Positions 30,787 through 44,144 of a stretch of DNA of 64,000 nucleotides are shown piece after piece. Position 1 is the stretch's first letter. Each line of letters opens with the position of its first letter. Both the position numbers and the translations under genes were made by a program. The notes under the pieces were generated by a model that ran no database searches, was not told the origin of the DNA, and saw nothing but the letters and a program-made list of their open reading frames with translations. Source of the DNA: Eledone cirrhosa (taxonomy: Eukaryota); assembly GCA_964016885.1 (NCBI GenBank), contig OZ024741.1, positions 59,210,001 to 59,274,000 on the forward strand, given 5' to 3'.

Positions 30787-31692
30787 TGCTCTGAAAGTAC
30801 AGTAGCTAGAGTCACAACTGGATGGAAAAAGTTCAGAGAGCTTATACCACTATTGGCCGCTAAAGGGTTCTCTCTAAAAATGAAAGGCAGGCTGTATGAT
30901 GCCTGCATACGAACAGCAATGTTACATGGCAGTGAGACTTGGGCATTGTGTGCAGATAATATACGCAGACTGGAGAGGAACGAAGCTTGCATGCTCCTTA
31001 GGATGTGTAATAGTAATATACGTGAACGGAAAAGCATAAATGAACTAAGGGAGAAATTAGGAATAAGAGGAATCAGATGTTGTTTACTCGAGAGAAGACT
31101 ACGTTGGTATGGTCACGTGATGCGCATGAAAGACGACAGCTGTATAAAAAAGTGCAGGGCGATAAAAATAGACGGTAGCTATGGAGTAGGCAGACCCAGA
31201 AAAACCTGAGATGACTTGATAAATTCCGACCTCACACACTTACAACTCTCCAAAACAATGTCACTGGACCGAGATCTCTGGCGCTACACAGTAATACAGA
31301 AGACCCGCCTTGCCTAAGTACAAAGCGAAACCTACAGTCAGTAGGCACCCCTAACAAAAATACACCCCCGCCCCATCCACACCACCCCTTTCGAAGTAAA
31401 TTTATGTTGGTACCACAACATCCAGGCCGAAATAAATGAGGTCGTGTAGGTGTCACGAAAAGAAAACACACAGTCCACGCTGTAATGTGGCCGTGTAGGT
31501 AACACGGTAAAAACCTCCCAGTCCACACTTTAAACGTGGTTGGTGTTAGGAAGGGTATCCAGCTGTAGAAAACCCGCCAGACAGTCCTATACGAGCAAGA
31601 CAACCAATCTTGCCTCAAGTGGGAAAACTCCCCGTCCAAACCCATGCAAGCGTGGAAGATGGACGTTAAACGATGATGATGATGATGATGAT
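30787..31692 (+). mobile_element. RTE family B 3' fragment with 3' UTR and (GAT)n tail
   Basis: ORF 30766-31209 CSESTVARV...RRLRWYGHV...GRPRKT; TA-flanked. Confidence 0.92.
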
Positions 31693-31916
31693 ATATATAT
31701 ATTTATCTAGGTTTGTTGGTTCACCACTGGATAGAATTGGTCATTCCGTATGGTCAATCTTGATGTAATATTATGTTATGAAGAGTACTCAATGTAGTGC
31801 AGTTCACCCGTCTTCGTTTGTGTAGTTGGTGGTGCTAATACGGAGTTAATACGGAGTCATAGTATAATAAACTTTTCAAGGATTTACACCAGTCCAGCCT
31901 CGTGTTATTTTATTTA

Positions 31917-31980
<64 letters not shown>

Positions 31981-32122
31981 TATTTATCTCTTTTATTTCA
32001 AGACATCTCAGTGAAAAGATAAAATATCAACTCAGAGAGCAATCAAACTTAAGCCAAAATCTCAATTTTAGATTGTTTAGTATATATCCCCCAAATCGAG
32101 ATTTTGGCTTAAGCTTAATATA

Positions 32123-32205
<83 letters not shown>

Positions 32206-32593
32206 AAAAGAGAGGGATTTATGTATTGTTTTTTGCTTGCTTGGCCCCCATAGAATATTTTTAAGTGGCTAGAAACATAGGAATCAATCAATTGCTATTA
32301 TTTATTGCATTATTGAAAAGCAAAATCGACTACAGCAAGGTTTCACCCTAGAAAACAGAAGGGGCAGGTATGGCTGTGTTATTAATGGATTCTGTTTCAC
32401 TGTGTTGCTGTGTGGCACCTTTACTTTGGGCAAGTGCCTTCTACTATAACCTTGGTTTCGCTAATATCTTGTAAATGGAATTTGGTAAACAGAAACTACA
32501 TCACACACACACACGCACGCGCGCACCCGTATATATATTTCGTTTTTGTATTTGTTTAGCAAGATTTTTTATCTGAAAATATGTGTTGAAATG

Positions 32594-32918
32594 GATATTG
32601 TTAAACTTTGGGAGGGTCATGCTGCCAATAAAGAAAACATGCACCTGTTGGGTTTCACTTCAATTTATTATTATAATTTCCCAGCCAGTTAGTTTAATAA
32701 CTGGTTGGTTGTTTAGTTTCTGATTGTCAAAGCTCTTTCGTCACACATTCTGTGACCTCCTCAGTGACTACTTTTGTTGTTACATTGTGTCTTTCCACTG
32801 TTCTGTAAAACTTTGACAATCAACAACTAAACAACTAACCAGTTATTAAACTAGCTGACTGAGAAAAGTTGTGTGTGTTTTTATTGGCAGCATGACCTTT
32901 CCAAAATGTAACAATATC
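32594..32918. mobile_element. MITE-like element with long imperfect inverted repeats
   Basis: gatattgttaaactttgggagggtcatgctgccaataaa / tttattggcagcatgacctttccaaaatgtaacaatatc, plus inner arm ttagtttaataactggtt...gattgtcaaag / ctttgacaatc...aaccagttattaaacta. Confidence 0.75.
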
Positions 32919-33732
32919 ATTATCATCACCGCTTAACATCCATTTTTCCATGCTAGCATAGGTTAGCCAGATCAGGTGACCATGTCTTACTCATACAAAA
33001 CTGATTTTGGCTTAATTTCTACACCTGGATGCCCTTCCTAACACCAAATATATTTATATATGTATGTGGATATCTATATTTGTGCTAATGTCTCATAATT
33101 TAGCAGTTTGACAAAAAGAAATGGACAAAATATGTATCAGACTTGAAAAGATAGTTACTGGGGTTGGTGTGATGGACTAAATCCAAGTCAGTTGCTTAGC
33201 ATGGCTTCTGCCTAATGATTGAAATCAGTACAAGAATAAAATAATCGTTTCTACTTTGAAGACAAGATAGTGTAATATATTTGCTAATGCAATGTATTAA
33301 ATTTGCTATTAGCTGATGTTGCATGTATTTATGTCGCAGTTATGTCTTTACATAGACATTTGTTTGTGCAGTTATTAACTTAACGATGATATACAACTAT
33401 GTTTCACTATGTGTAGCGCTAAAAAAAGGACAATAAAATATGAAGATCGCTTTGAAGGGGAGATAATTAGAAATTGAGTAGAGAGATTTTACATTATGAT
33501 TCTTTCATCAGAAATAAAATGTAGATTGATCATTGCTCAATAATAAATGATGATTTCATGTTGGTCTTTATTAAAGGAAGTAAAATGTTTTGTTTATGAA
33601 ATGGCATTTAGTAAATGAGATAAAACTACTTTTCATTCCCCAAAATCTTCAATTCAATATCGTGTCTATCTTCCTCTCTCTTCCTCATTCTCTTTTTCCC
33701 TCACTTCTCTTAATTCATGTATCTATTTACCT

Positions 33733-33734
<2 letters not shown>

Positions 33735-33806
<72 letters not shown>
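33735..33806. repeat. (CT)n microsatellite
   Basis: Direct sequence. Confidence 0.95.
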
Positions 33807-33810
<4 letters not shown>

Positions 33811-34279
33811 CTCTCCCTCTCAATATCTATCTATTCCTCCCTACCACCCAATATCACTATCCATAAATCACTATATCTAAAACAACCACTGACAAACTAA
33901 GATTACAAAAGATATCCTCTACCAGACCATCGTTAATCAGACATTTCTACAATACACTATAATTCTGGATGCTGAATCTCTGTATTATTTTGTAAACAAT
34001 TCTAACTGGTAATATCCCCCGAGTCTATTTTAGTCAGATATTCCATTTATAAACTATTGGATATCACAAGATATACACTGACCAACAAGAATTAGACTCA
34101 TCGTTATTGTCGTAGTGAAATATCACGAGATATGCACTGACCAACAACTCTTACACTCATTATTACTGTTGTAGTGAAATATCTTCCAGGCATGTAATAC
34201 TTGTTTGGTGTGGATATCCTAACCAGATATTTTTATAGTTTGCATACAATCCATTAAGTGCAAACTGTAATTAGAAGCT

Positions 34280-35168
34280 GGGACATAATCATCCGTAAGT
34301 AATGAGAAAATTTAAGGAGAGGCATTAAATATTATTCAATTAGAATGCTACTTCATAGTAAAGTAGTCTTACATATAATGTATAAAGTGACTAATTGGCA
34401 ACTTTCTACCTGCTTAGGCTGGAGTACAGCTGTGTACAGGGTAGAACCAGTGTGATCTGATTTGCCAATCTGTCAACATATGGCAGGATGCAGGAAAACA
34501 TGGAGCAACATTACACCATCAAATTTTATGTTAAACTTAAGAAAACCTTTAAGATGTCTATGGAATGTTAGGGGAGGCCTATGGGAAAGAATTGAAGAGA
34601 AAAGCAAGTCTCTACTAATGGTTTAAACAATTTTTTTAAGGAAATGAACAGGTTGAGGATGAATGCAGATCTGGAGCACCAAACAGTGCAGGAAAGGAGG
34701 AAAACATTGAGAAGTGTGGAGATTAGTAATGCAAGACTGTCGAGCAACTGTGAGGTTCAGGGAGAAGATGAGGAAGAAGAAGCCATAGCAGTGGAGAGTG
34801 GTGGTTCTACTAAGATAATGCCCCATGCCACAAGTCAATGTTGGTGACTACCTGGATGACCAACAGGAGAATGAAAGTGGTACAACACAGCCCTGACCTG
34901 ACTCCTTGTGACTTTTTCCTGTTCCTATGCATGAAAGAAGGTTTCAGGGGAATCAGATTCGAGTCAACACAGGAGCTGAAGGGGACATTGGCAAATTTCC
35001 TGATGGGACTTCAGAAGAATGACTGGAAGGTCTTCCAGGAGTGGGGAAGATGACTGCACAAGTCTATAGTGTGAGAGGTCATGATCTTGAAGGAGACAAA
35101 GTTGTAAGCTTATGACAAAAAAATGTTTCTCCTGAAATGTTCTCATTAATTATTGAACATACTTCATA
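34280..35168 (+). mobile_element. Decayed, internally deleted mariner transposon
   Basis: N-terminus MEQHYTIKFYVKL (about 34500); C-terminal HSPDLTPCDFFLF...GIRF (YSPDLAPxD motif); 'aagtaatgagaa' and 'ttctcattaatt' terminal-repeat remnants. Confidence 0.75.
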
Positions 35169-35884
35169 TATATATATGGCTGTAACTATAAAACTTACAG
35201 ATACAAACATATTCACACACACATACAATACATTTCCTATCTCAGTCATGTTGCTACAATAAAAAGTTCTCTTTCCAATCACAAGGTCCTGCCTTACATT
35301 TATCCCTGCAAATAGTTATTTTTCCCAAGTTACTAACACATTTAATCTTGTATGTCATTCGTACACATATACTGAACATTTATGTAATTATATCTTATAA
35401 ACAAATTAAAATAACATTCTTATCCTTGATCACCTCCATGTGTCAGCAATCAACATATACTATAAATTTTATTTACACATACTAATAATTTATTAAGATG
35501 CAGATTTCTCAGTTTCTACGATTGTTCATGTATTTGCTAATCTCAGTATATATAGCACACTAATCCTGGACTCCAAAAGTGAAATTTGTTGAATGCTATT
35601 GCTGTTATTATAGATGGCATGGGTTCACTTATCCAATACCAAAAACTAAATGAAATGACTGAAGACGCTGGTGTGTACTGAAGTACTTGTTTCTCTATGC
35701 CCACATGAAGAATGGAAATCAGCCTCTCAAGTTCACTTGACATCAGCCAAACATTTGACTATGATCATGAGGTGGCAAAGAGTCATTAGATAGAATACTT
35801 TGTGGTATTCATTCTGGTTCTCTGCACCCAGGGTTGTAAGACAACACTAAAATAAGAACCAACTAAAATATTAGTTTGTCTGTC

Positions 35885-36127
35885 TTAAGCCAGGAGGTTT
35901 GTTAGGCTGGTGCTTATCCCGGTTTCATGGTGTGAAGCAACTGAGATTACAAGACTCCTCCCTGGACAGGACGCCAGTCCATCACAGGGTTAAACCCCCA
36001 GCTATTTTCAACTGAGTATACTGGAGCAATGTGAAATGAAGTCTTTTGCTCAAGAACACAACAGGAATTGAACCCATGACATTATGATTGTAAGTCCAAC
36101 ACCCTTACCACTAGGCCACACGCCTCC
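35885..36127 (-). mobile_element. tRNA-derived SINE, family-2-related
   Basis: 'ctggagcaatgtgaaatgaagtcttttgctcaagaacacaac...ttgaaccc...accactaggccacacgcc'. Confidence 0.7.
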
Positions 36128-36294
36128 ATTAGAGGTCGATATAATCAACTAAACCCCATGAAAGCAGTGCTACAGTATGGCCACAACCCGCTGTCTGTAA
36201 CCTTAAAAGAAGGACTAAAAGAAGAATCTGATTCAGAAGAACAGTTACAGAAAGAATCAATGGCAATTGAATTGATATATATATATATATATAT

Positions 36295-36776
36295 TCTTGG
36301 TACCACTGTAAAATGTACTCAGTACACTCTGTAAAGTGGTTGATGACAGGAAGAGCATCCAGCTGTAGAATCCAAGCCAAAAAGGGTTGAGAAAGTTCAT
36401 CAGCTATGTCAAGGACATGACAATCTTCCTAGTACTAATGTCATGATAAAATGCACCCAGTACACTCTGCAAAATTGTTAGTTATAGGAAGAGCATCCAG
36501 TTATAGAAAACTTGCCAAACAAAGGGTCAAGAGGACTCTTCAATTGTACCTAAGACAAGACAACTTCCCTAATGCTGGTGTCAAAATAAAATGCACCCTG
36601 TACACTCTGTAAAGTATGGAAATTTATGTAAATGAGATGTGGTCCCTGGCTTACTTGAGTGGTTAGTGTCTGATTAGGTGCTGATTTGATTTGTGATAAC
36701 CCATCCAACCCTTGCAAGCAGGGAAAACTGATGTAAAATGATAATGTTGATGATGGTGATGATGATGATGATGATT
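36295..36776 (+). mobile_element. Old RTE-type 3' UTR relic with tandem subrepeats and (GAT)n tail
   Basis: Repeated 'aatgcaccc.gtacactctg.aaa' and 'aggaagagcatccag'; ends 'ccaacccttgcaagcaggg...gatgatg'. Confidence 0.6.
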
Positions 36777-37854
36777 ACAGATCATAAATTCTAAGTAGAA
36801 TAACTGATTCTGGGATTGATTGATCAGAAAGTTGCATGACAGAGAAAATTATGTTTAAACACTTCGTTTCTGAGCAGAAAATATGTGGTATTATTAGGAA
36901 CGAGACAGACTTTTAAGAATTGCAGATTATTCTGTCTAAAGTAATTCTGGCAGTTGAATTTCTGATTTTTATGTAAGTATATCCAAGCAAAGTAATTTAC
37001 TTGTGTATCATGGAATAATTCTGATATGTAGTAAATATATTTCTTTTGTCAAACGATAAAGAAAATGCTAAAATTTGATTGAATTGCATACTTTAGTTAG
37101 CGAAAATTATCACAAGGAACCACAGGCTGTATGAATTTATCCATATATAATTTCATGTAAGAAAGTATGTTGGTAATAGTTCTATGTATTTATATTTATG
37201 TATCGATGTGCGCATAGATTTGTATGTTTATATAGAATACGTGTATGCATAAATAAATATATATATGCATACATTGTTGCATGCATGAATATATATATAC
37301 ATGTAACTATAGATGCATTTTGGTTGGAACATATAATGTGTATGTAGTAGGCTAATATTTACATTTTGCTAACCAGATATGTTTAGTATATCGTAAGAAC
37401 TTGTAGCTTTTGAACATTATCTTTCTGTCCTTTCACTGTATAACATCTTATTCTTTGATAAACCATATCGTCTTCTTTCTTCTGATATGTGAATGGAAAG
37501 GAATGTTGATGAATACTTAATTTATTTTTATACTTCTTCAAACTGCAAGCAGTGGTGCACTTGCAGAAATGTTCAAACAATGAATAAAATGCTTTACGGT
37601 AATTGTTCCAGCTCTTTGTGCTCTGAGTTCAAATTCTACTGAGGTGAACTTTGCTTTTCTTCCTTTTGAGATCAATGAATAAAATACCAGTCCAATACTT
37701 CTTCCCCTCTCTCTCTCTCTCTTTCTCTCCCTAAGAAATTGGCAGTATTCAGTTTATTGAATATCTAAATGCTCATCGAAACCACAGTGAACCCATCATC
37801 ATCCTTATTGTAAAAGTTAATCAGTTAATGTAGATTTTCACTGGTTACTAATGC

Positions 37855-38070
37855 TTTCTAATGTAGGCACAAGGCCAGCAAATTTAAGGAGAAGGTCAAG
37901 TTGATTATATCAACGCCAACACTTGGCTGATACTTTATTCTATTGACCCCAGAGAGATGAAAGGTAAAATTTACCTTGGTGGGATTTGAACTTTAAACAT
38001 AATAAGTCATAACTAAATAATACTGCAAGTCATTTAACTGATGCTCTCACGATTCTGCTAATACACCATC
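37855..38070 (-). mobile_element. SINE family 1, decayed
   Basis: 'aggcacaaggccagcaa...gatgaaaggtaaa...gggatttgaact'. Confidence 0.65.
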
Positions 38071-38999
38071 CTTAACTGGTTATTAATACAATCTGATTTA
38101 CCATGTATTGTGCAATGCTCTGTAGTTTTCAAATTGCCTTGATTTGAATGTTCCAACACTTTGATATAAGTATGTATGAAAGGAACAATTACTTGTAATC
38201 TTACATTTAAGAACCAAGGTCACTTTTTCTGTTTCCAAGTAGAAAAAGTAATGGTTTTTCAGAACTATTTCATTTCCTCAAGCTTTAATGTTAGCACAGT
38301 AAACTTGCATGTCATTAAGAGTTCCTTAAGAATTCAATTTGCACTGAGATCTGATTAGCTAGCAGCGACAGCCACTTATCAGCTTTCGCAAGTCTTTTTC
38401 TTATTAAACATGTTAGTCTTGAGATCCATGAATTCCTCTTAAGTTTCAGTTTTAATTTTGCAACCGAAGGAAAATCATCCAAATTCCTGTCATCTTCACT
38501 GTCCTCTCTATACAATACACTTGACCATCTTGAAAGCTTCTTATCCAGCCTTTTGACGCAAGCCAAAAGGTCTTGTTGAGTTATATACTGAGATTATCAT
38601 GTAATTAAATGAGTGAGAATTCTTTCCATCCAAGTAGAATCAGACATTTCTTAGTTGTATTGGCAGAGGCATGGGAGCATCGGATTAAATGCCACCACCC
38701 AAAGATTGTTCTGTTTTTCAATCAGTACGCTTTTTTGGGAGTGACACCATTCCAGTATTTGTATGTAATTGATCCCTGTGAAGGTGTGTGGCCTAGTTGT
38801 TAGGGTGTTAGGCTCATAATCATAAGGTTTACTTTATGTTGGTTTTTATGATAGGATTTGAGCCTGTATCATTAAAACACCCAAGAAACCTAATATATTG
38901 CACCTACATAGATATGAGCTGTAAATTGTATTTTTCATTTCAACCACCCCATGGCCATGGCAGGTAGAAACAGCATTTTAAGTTTTTCATCAGTTAATC

Positions 39000-39270
39000 A
39001 TGATTGTCATCCAAGGTGCAAGCTTGTGTGGGGAGTTTTGTAGAAGACCCTAAAATGGCAGTCTTCACCACACCAATGCTGTCTAAGGAAAAGGCAAAGG
39101 CTGATATATCTTGGCATCAGTGTAGTCGCAACACCATTTTTCCAGCTGAGTGGCCTGGAGTGATAGACATGAAATAAAGTATCCTGTCTAAGGACACAAC
39201 ATGCCACTAGTTTGGAAATTGAACTCACAATTTTAGGATCATGAGGTTAGAACACTAACCACTAAGCTAA
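39000..39270 (-). mobile_element. SINE family-2-related, decayed
   Basis: 'ttccagctgagtgg...gaaataaagt...aaggacacaac...ttgaactcac...ctaaccactaag'. Confidence 0.6.
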
Positions 39271-39914
39271 CAGTATATTTATCACAGATTTTATATCACT
39301 CTTTTGTATAAAACTAGCCACTGTAACATGGAGAATAATTTCTAATATATATATATGGAAGAAGTAACAGCATATATATCAAGTAACAGCAACTCCTCAC
39401 TTGAAGGACAAATAACATTTGCTAATGAGATTACCTGGCTTTAATTGGGTATTTCAAACTCCTGCTGGCTTTAATGAGGTATTTCAAACTTCTGCTGTTC
39501 ACCTTAATATACAAGCATCTTAATAACATTCCTTTACAGGTATCCAGAATACTTTTTATGAATTCACTGTAAAACACCCCAGCAAATAAATTGCAGGAAG
39601 TATAACTATATTAGTATGTATATATATATAATAATAATAATGAAATTATTGTGTAAAGTGCTCAGGTGCACTACAACTCTCAAACATAAAAACAGGTAGA
39701 ATTCCCAAAACTAATCAGATCAGAGCAAACAGCACGGACACTCTATCTCAAAATTATTTTTGAAAAGCATTTAGAAATGCGCAACCGGTAAAAACTTAAA
39801 AACTTAAAACCACAACTGAATACTAACACATACAATCACTAATACTCTTTTATTCCTAATTAAACCATTTTTCAACTGTGAACAATTTGTCAGCATTTTC
39901 TATTCCGTTTACCA

Positions 39915-39982
<68 letters not shown>

Positions 39983-40023
39983 GTATATATATATATATGT
40001 ATATATATATGTATATATATATG

Positions 40024-40056
<33 letters not shown>

Positions 40057-40149
40057 GTATATATATATGTATATATGTATGTATATATGTATATATATAT
40101 ATGTTTATATATATATATGTATATAGATATATATGTATATATATATATG

Positions 40150-40196
<47 letters not shown>

Positions 40197-40254
40197 GTAT
40201 ATATATATGTATGTATATATATATGTATGTATATATATATGTATGTATATATAT

Positions 40255-40566
40255 CTATCTATCTATCTAAGGCGGGTAAAATTCCCGAGATCCATGGACG
40301 AGTTCTCTCCAGCGGTCTCTGTCCCTCATTATCGCTGCCATATCCTGCATCTCCAACAGACCAGTGTCTGTCCTTAGGGCATCAACATATGTTAACCTTG
40401 GTCTTCCTCTTCTAGTGTGTCCATGTAGGGGCTCCCAAAGGAGAACTGAGTGCAATGTCAACTCTGGATGTCGGTGAGCATGTCCAGCCAACCTCAGTCT
40501 CCTCTGTGTCACTTTTGAGCTGACTTTTGGGATGCTCCCATACAGCTCTGAGTTTTTCATCCTCAG
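40255..40566 (-). mobile_element. 3' end of a third RTE-group LINE family with short (GATA)n tail
   Basis: [12 protein letters not shown]...[17 protein letters not shown]...DRDRWR then stop; embedded in (TA)n. Confidence 0.85.
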
Positions 40567-40650
40567 TGTATATATATATGTATGTATATATATATGTATA
40601 TGTATATATATATATGTATATATATATATATGTATATATATATATGTGTG

Positions 40651-40681
<31 letters not shown>

Positions 40682-40712
40682 GTATATATATATGTATATA
40701 TATATATATGTG

Positions 40713-40762
<50 letters not shown>

Positions 40763-40808
40763 TATATGTGTGTATATATATATATATGTATAGATATATA
40801 TATATATT

Positions 40809-41208
40809 TCATCATCATCATCATCATCAGGTTTAGCGTCCGTGTTCCACGCTTGCATGGGTTTGGACGGGGGTTTTCCCACTTGAGGCAAGAGTGGTTG
40901 TCTTGCTCGCATAGGACTGTCTGGCGGGTTTTCTACAGTTGGATGCCCTTCCTAACACCAACCACATTTACAGTGTGGGGCTGGGAGGTTTTTACCGTGT
41001 TGCCTACACGGCCACATTACAGCGTGGACTGTCTGGCGGGTTTTCTACAGCTGGATGCCCTTCCTAACACCAACCACATTTACAGTGTGGGGCTGGGAGG
41101 TTTTTACCGTGTTGCCTACACGGCCACATTTACAGCGTGGACTGTGTGTTTTTTGTCGTGACACCTACACGATCTCATTTGTTTCGGCCTGGATGTTGTG
41201 GGACCAAC
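40809..41208 (-). mobile_element. RTE family B 3' UTR fragment with an internal ~118 bp duplication
   Basis: Matches 29310-29597; 'ggactgtctggcgggttttctacag...ggccacatt' occurs twice. Confidence 0.9.
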
Positions 41209-41241
41209 ATATTTATATATATATATGTATATATATATATG

Positions 41242-41275
<34 letters not shown>

Positions 41276-41291
41276 TGTGTATATATATATG

Positions 41292-41336
<45 letters not shown>

Positions 41337-41560
41337 GTATATTTATATATTTTAACTTTAATTATATCTCAGAAAATAATACAACTGGCTTTCCACATAA
41401 TACATATAGTTAGCACCCCAAACACTTAAATTGGCTTTATACTAACATATAACCTAATGTCTGTTGAGTGAGATGGTTAGCAGTCAGAGTTTAGCTTTAA
41501 GCTATCGCTTTTATTGTATTAAATAAATTATACATGTATATATATATATATATATATGTA

Positions 41561-41651
<91 letters not shown>

Positions 41652-41776
41652 GTATATTTATATATATATATGTATATATATGTATATTTATATATATATA
41701 TGTATATATATACATATATATACATATATATATATATGGCAAGTAAGTATGTTTTGAAACAGTGAGCGAGTTTGAA

Positions 41777-41946
41777 ATTAGAAAATATATAGCTTTCACC
41801 GTATTTTTAACTATAGGAATTTTAGCTTGATAACGGGGTTTAGAACCCTCAGATAAATGGAAAAAGATCTTTTTCCATTTATCTGAGGGTTCTAAACCCC
41901 GTTATCAAGCTAAAATTCCTTTAGTTATAAATACGGTGAAAGCTAT

Positions 41947-41958
<12 letters not shown>
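41777..41958. repeat. 182 bp loop-less palindrome (2 mismatches) centred on AGATCT
   Basis: Symmetry axis at 41867/41868; right end abuts (TA)n. Confidence 0.95.
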
Positions 41959-41998
<40 letters not shown>

Positions 41999-42026
41999 AT
42001 GGAGCTGCGGCGTTGCAAATGGGATA

Positions 42027-42145
42027 CATATGAAAAAGTGAGTCCTTCATCAGTGACCCTCCAACCGTCCTAGGCATTTCATCATGGCCCTTAAAGCGAT
42101 GAAATGCCTAGGACGGTTGGAGGGTCACTGATGAAGGACTCACTT

Positions 42146-42153
<8 letters not shown>
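42027..42153. repeat. Perfect hairpin (~56 bp arms, 14 nt loop) containing hammerhead core fragments
   Basis: atatgaaaaagtgagtccttcatcagtgaccctccaaccgtcctaggcatttcatc and its exact reverse complement; the right arm contains GAAA..cctagg.. and CTGATGA. Confidence 0.9.
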
Positions 42154-42220
<67 letters not shown>

Positions 42221-42353
42221 TATACATATATATATATATATATACATATATATACATATATATATATATTTACATATATATATATACATATATATATACA
42301 TATATATATACATATATATATGTACATATATATATATACATATATGTATATAC

Positions 42354-42393
<40 letters not shown>

Positions 42394-42408
42394 ATATTTA
42401 TATATATA

Positions 42409-42935
42409 CTTGAAAAAATTGATTCCATTTCATTCACTCTCATCTCGGGAACAGTTTTGGATAGCGCTAGTTCGTAATTTAAATTCAAGAATTTTATATT
42501 CTTCGAATGAAAAGAACCTTCTGACGAGAATTTTTCTTTGCAACGAAGGCCGTATGGCCTCCGTTTATTTTTGGGATTCGAAACCGATCGGTAAAGGTAA
42601 CTATAGTAGGTAAAGTCAATTTTTCAAAATTTATTTTGAAACTTTTTCATTATTTGCTAAACCTTGTTTATATATGTTCTGGCTCGTTAATTTATTAACC
42701 TGCTATTGAACCACATTGGCATTTGGTTGGACAATACATGCGTCCCTTAGCGCCTTGTGCGTGTAGGAACACATATCCTATTATTACTATTCTCCTCTAT
42801 TGTTGAGAAGCAAATTTGGTCGTTCCGACTGCTGCTAGGGATAGTTGCGGCCGGTTGACCTACCTCCCTCTGCCTCTATCTTTACTTCGGCCCTTGAAAA
42901 AATTGATTCCACTTCATTCACTCTCATCTCGGGAA
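42409..42935 (+). mobile_element. 484 bp hammerhead-bearing unit bounded by a 43 bp direct repeat (pseudo-LTR plus tail, or retrozyme-like)
   Basis: 'cttgaaaaaattgattcca.ttcattcactctcatctcgggaa' at 42409 and 42893. Confidence 0.75.
42516..42598 (+). ncRNA. Type I hammerhead ribozyme, canonical core, expanded helix II
   Basis: acctt-CTGACGA-gaatttt...gggattc-GAAA-ccgatcgg(palindrome)-TA-aaggt; GUA cleavage triplet. Confidence 0.85.
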
Positions 42936-42939
42936 TACT

Positions 42940-43180
42940 CTACGCTACAGACCACATGATGTGGTCTGTAGCGTAGAGTATTTCCAGGGCCTCAGCGGCG
43001 CAGAGGTCACATGGTCTTTTATTTCCGTTATACGATCTAGCCCTAGCTAGGATCTCCCAGTGTAACTTATATTGGGTGTGGTTGTCTTTTAGACTCCAGA
43101 TATAAGCTGAAAGTGACGTCATATTCCTTCTTAGAGGGTAACGAAAAGAATGGGTATGCATGTAAAGACGCTGCTTGAAA
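42940..43180 (-). mobile_element. Naiad-type GIY-YIG C-terminal fragment, inverted, with a fold-back junction
   Basis: FKQRLYMHTHSFR...TSLSAYIWSLKD...CDLCAAEALEILYATDH; ends in a ~24 bp-arm hairpin at about 42934-42982. Confidence 0.85.
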
Positions 43181-44093
43181 CACGATCTACACGTGGATAT
43201 TTTACGTCTTGATGTGGGAGCTAAGTATATGTTTTGTTTATTCCTTTACGTATTTGCATAGGTAAGTATATATTACCCGTATGTTTTGTGAAGGTATGTA
43301 TACCTTCTCGTACGTATATTTGACTGTTATAGCGTATAATTTTTACATATTCTGGTATTTAGGGTTTGGCTATGTGTATACGGGAGTTTTGCGTCCGCGT
43401 GAGTGTGCAGGTTCGTACGTATGGTGGGTGTGTGTACATGTGTACTTCTTGTTTTAGTTGACTTACGTCTCCGAACATTCGTGTATTTATATGTAGGTAT
43501 GCGTGTGCGCTTGTTATATACGTATTTATTTACTTATATACGTTTATATAATTATTTATTTATTTGTACACAAGCATACACACACACACATATTTATATG
43601 TGCGTGGTTTTGTATACCCATGGTAAGGTTTTGCGTATGCTTGTGTATGTACGTATTTGTTTGCGTGTATGTATTTATTTGTTCCTATTACTTCTGTATT
43701 ATATTTATTTATTTTTGTTCTTAACTCTGTAGCGGAGATTCATTTGGTCTCCTAGTTAGAATTTTAGTCTACGATTTCTGCTATACCATTTGCGTGCTAT
43801 TGTTCTCCACGCTCCACATATGACTTATTATCTTCGTTTTTTCGTTCATTACCAGAGAACGTCTCTATGCACCACCTGAGAGAACATTAGTCTACGACCT
43901 CTTTTATACCATAAACGTGGTTTTGTCTTTGCGCGTAATTGTTTTTCACCGCTCCTATTAATGACGTATTATTCGTTTTTTCCCGTTCTTTGCCAGCGAA
44001 CGTTACCACGAACCAAAGTATCGTCTTCCTGTCTTCCTCCGGTTGCAACGTTTTTTGAAATATCCAGTTCTGCGTTTACAGATTGACTTTGTT

Positions 44094-44144
44094 AGTTTCA
44101 GAAGATCCCGTTAAGGGTGAAAGCAGCGATTCTTTGCTTAAACT
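44094..44144 (+). ncRNA. Type I hammerhead motif (U4>A variant) at the end of a PLE 3' UTR-like region
   Basis: agttt-CAGAAGA-tccc gttaa gggt-GAAA-gca...tgc-TT-aaact; distal acagatt/aatctgt pairing; abuts (TA)n. Confidence 0.65.

Noticed and set aside
31984-32022. Minus-strand CTGAGA..GAAA-TA within a short stem
   Set aside because: No helix II or III; indistinguishable from chance
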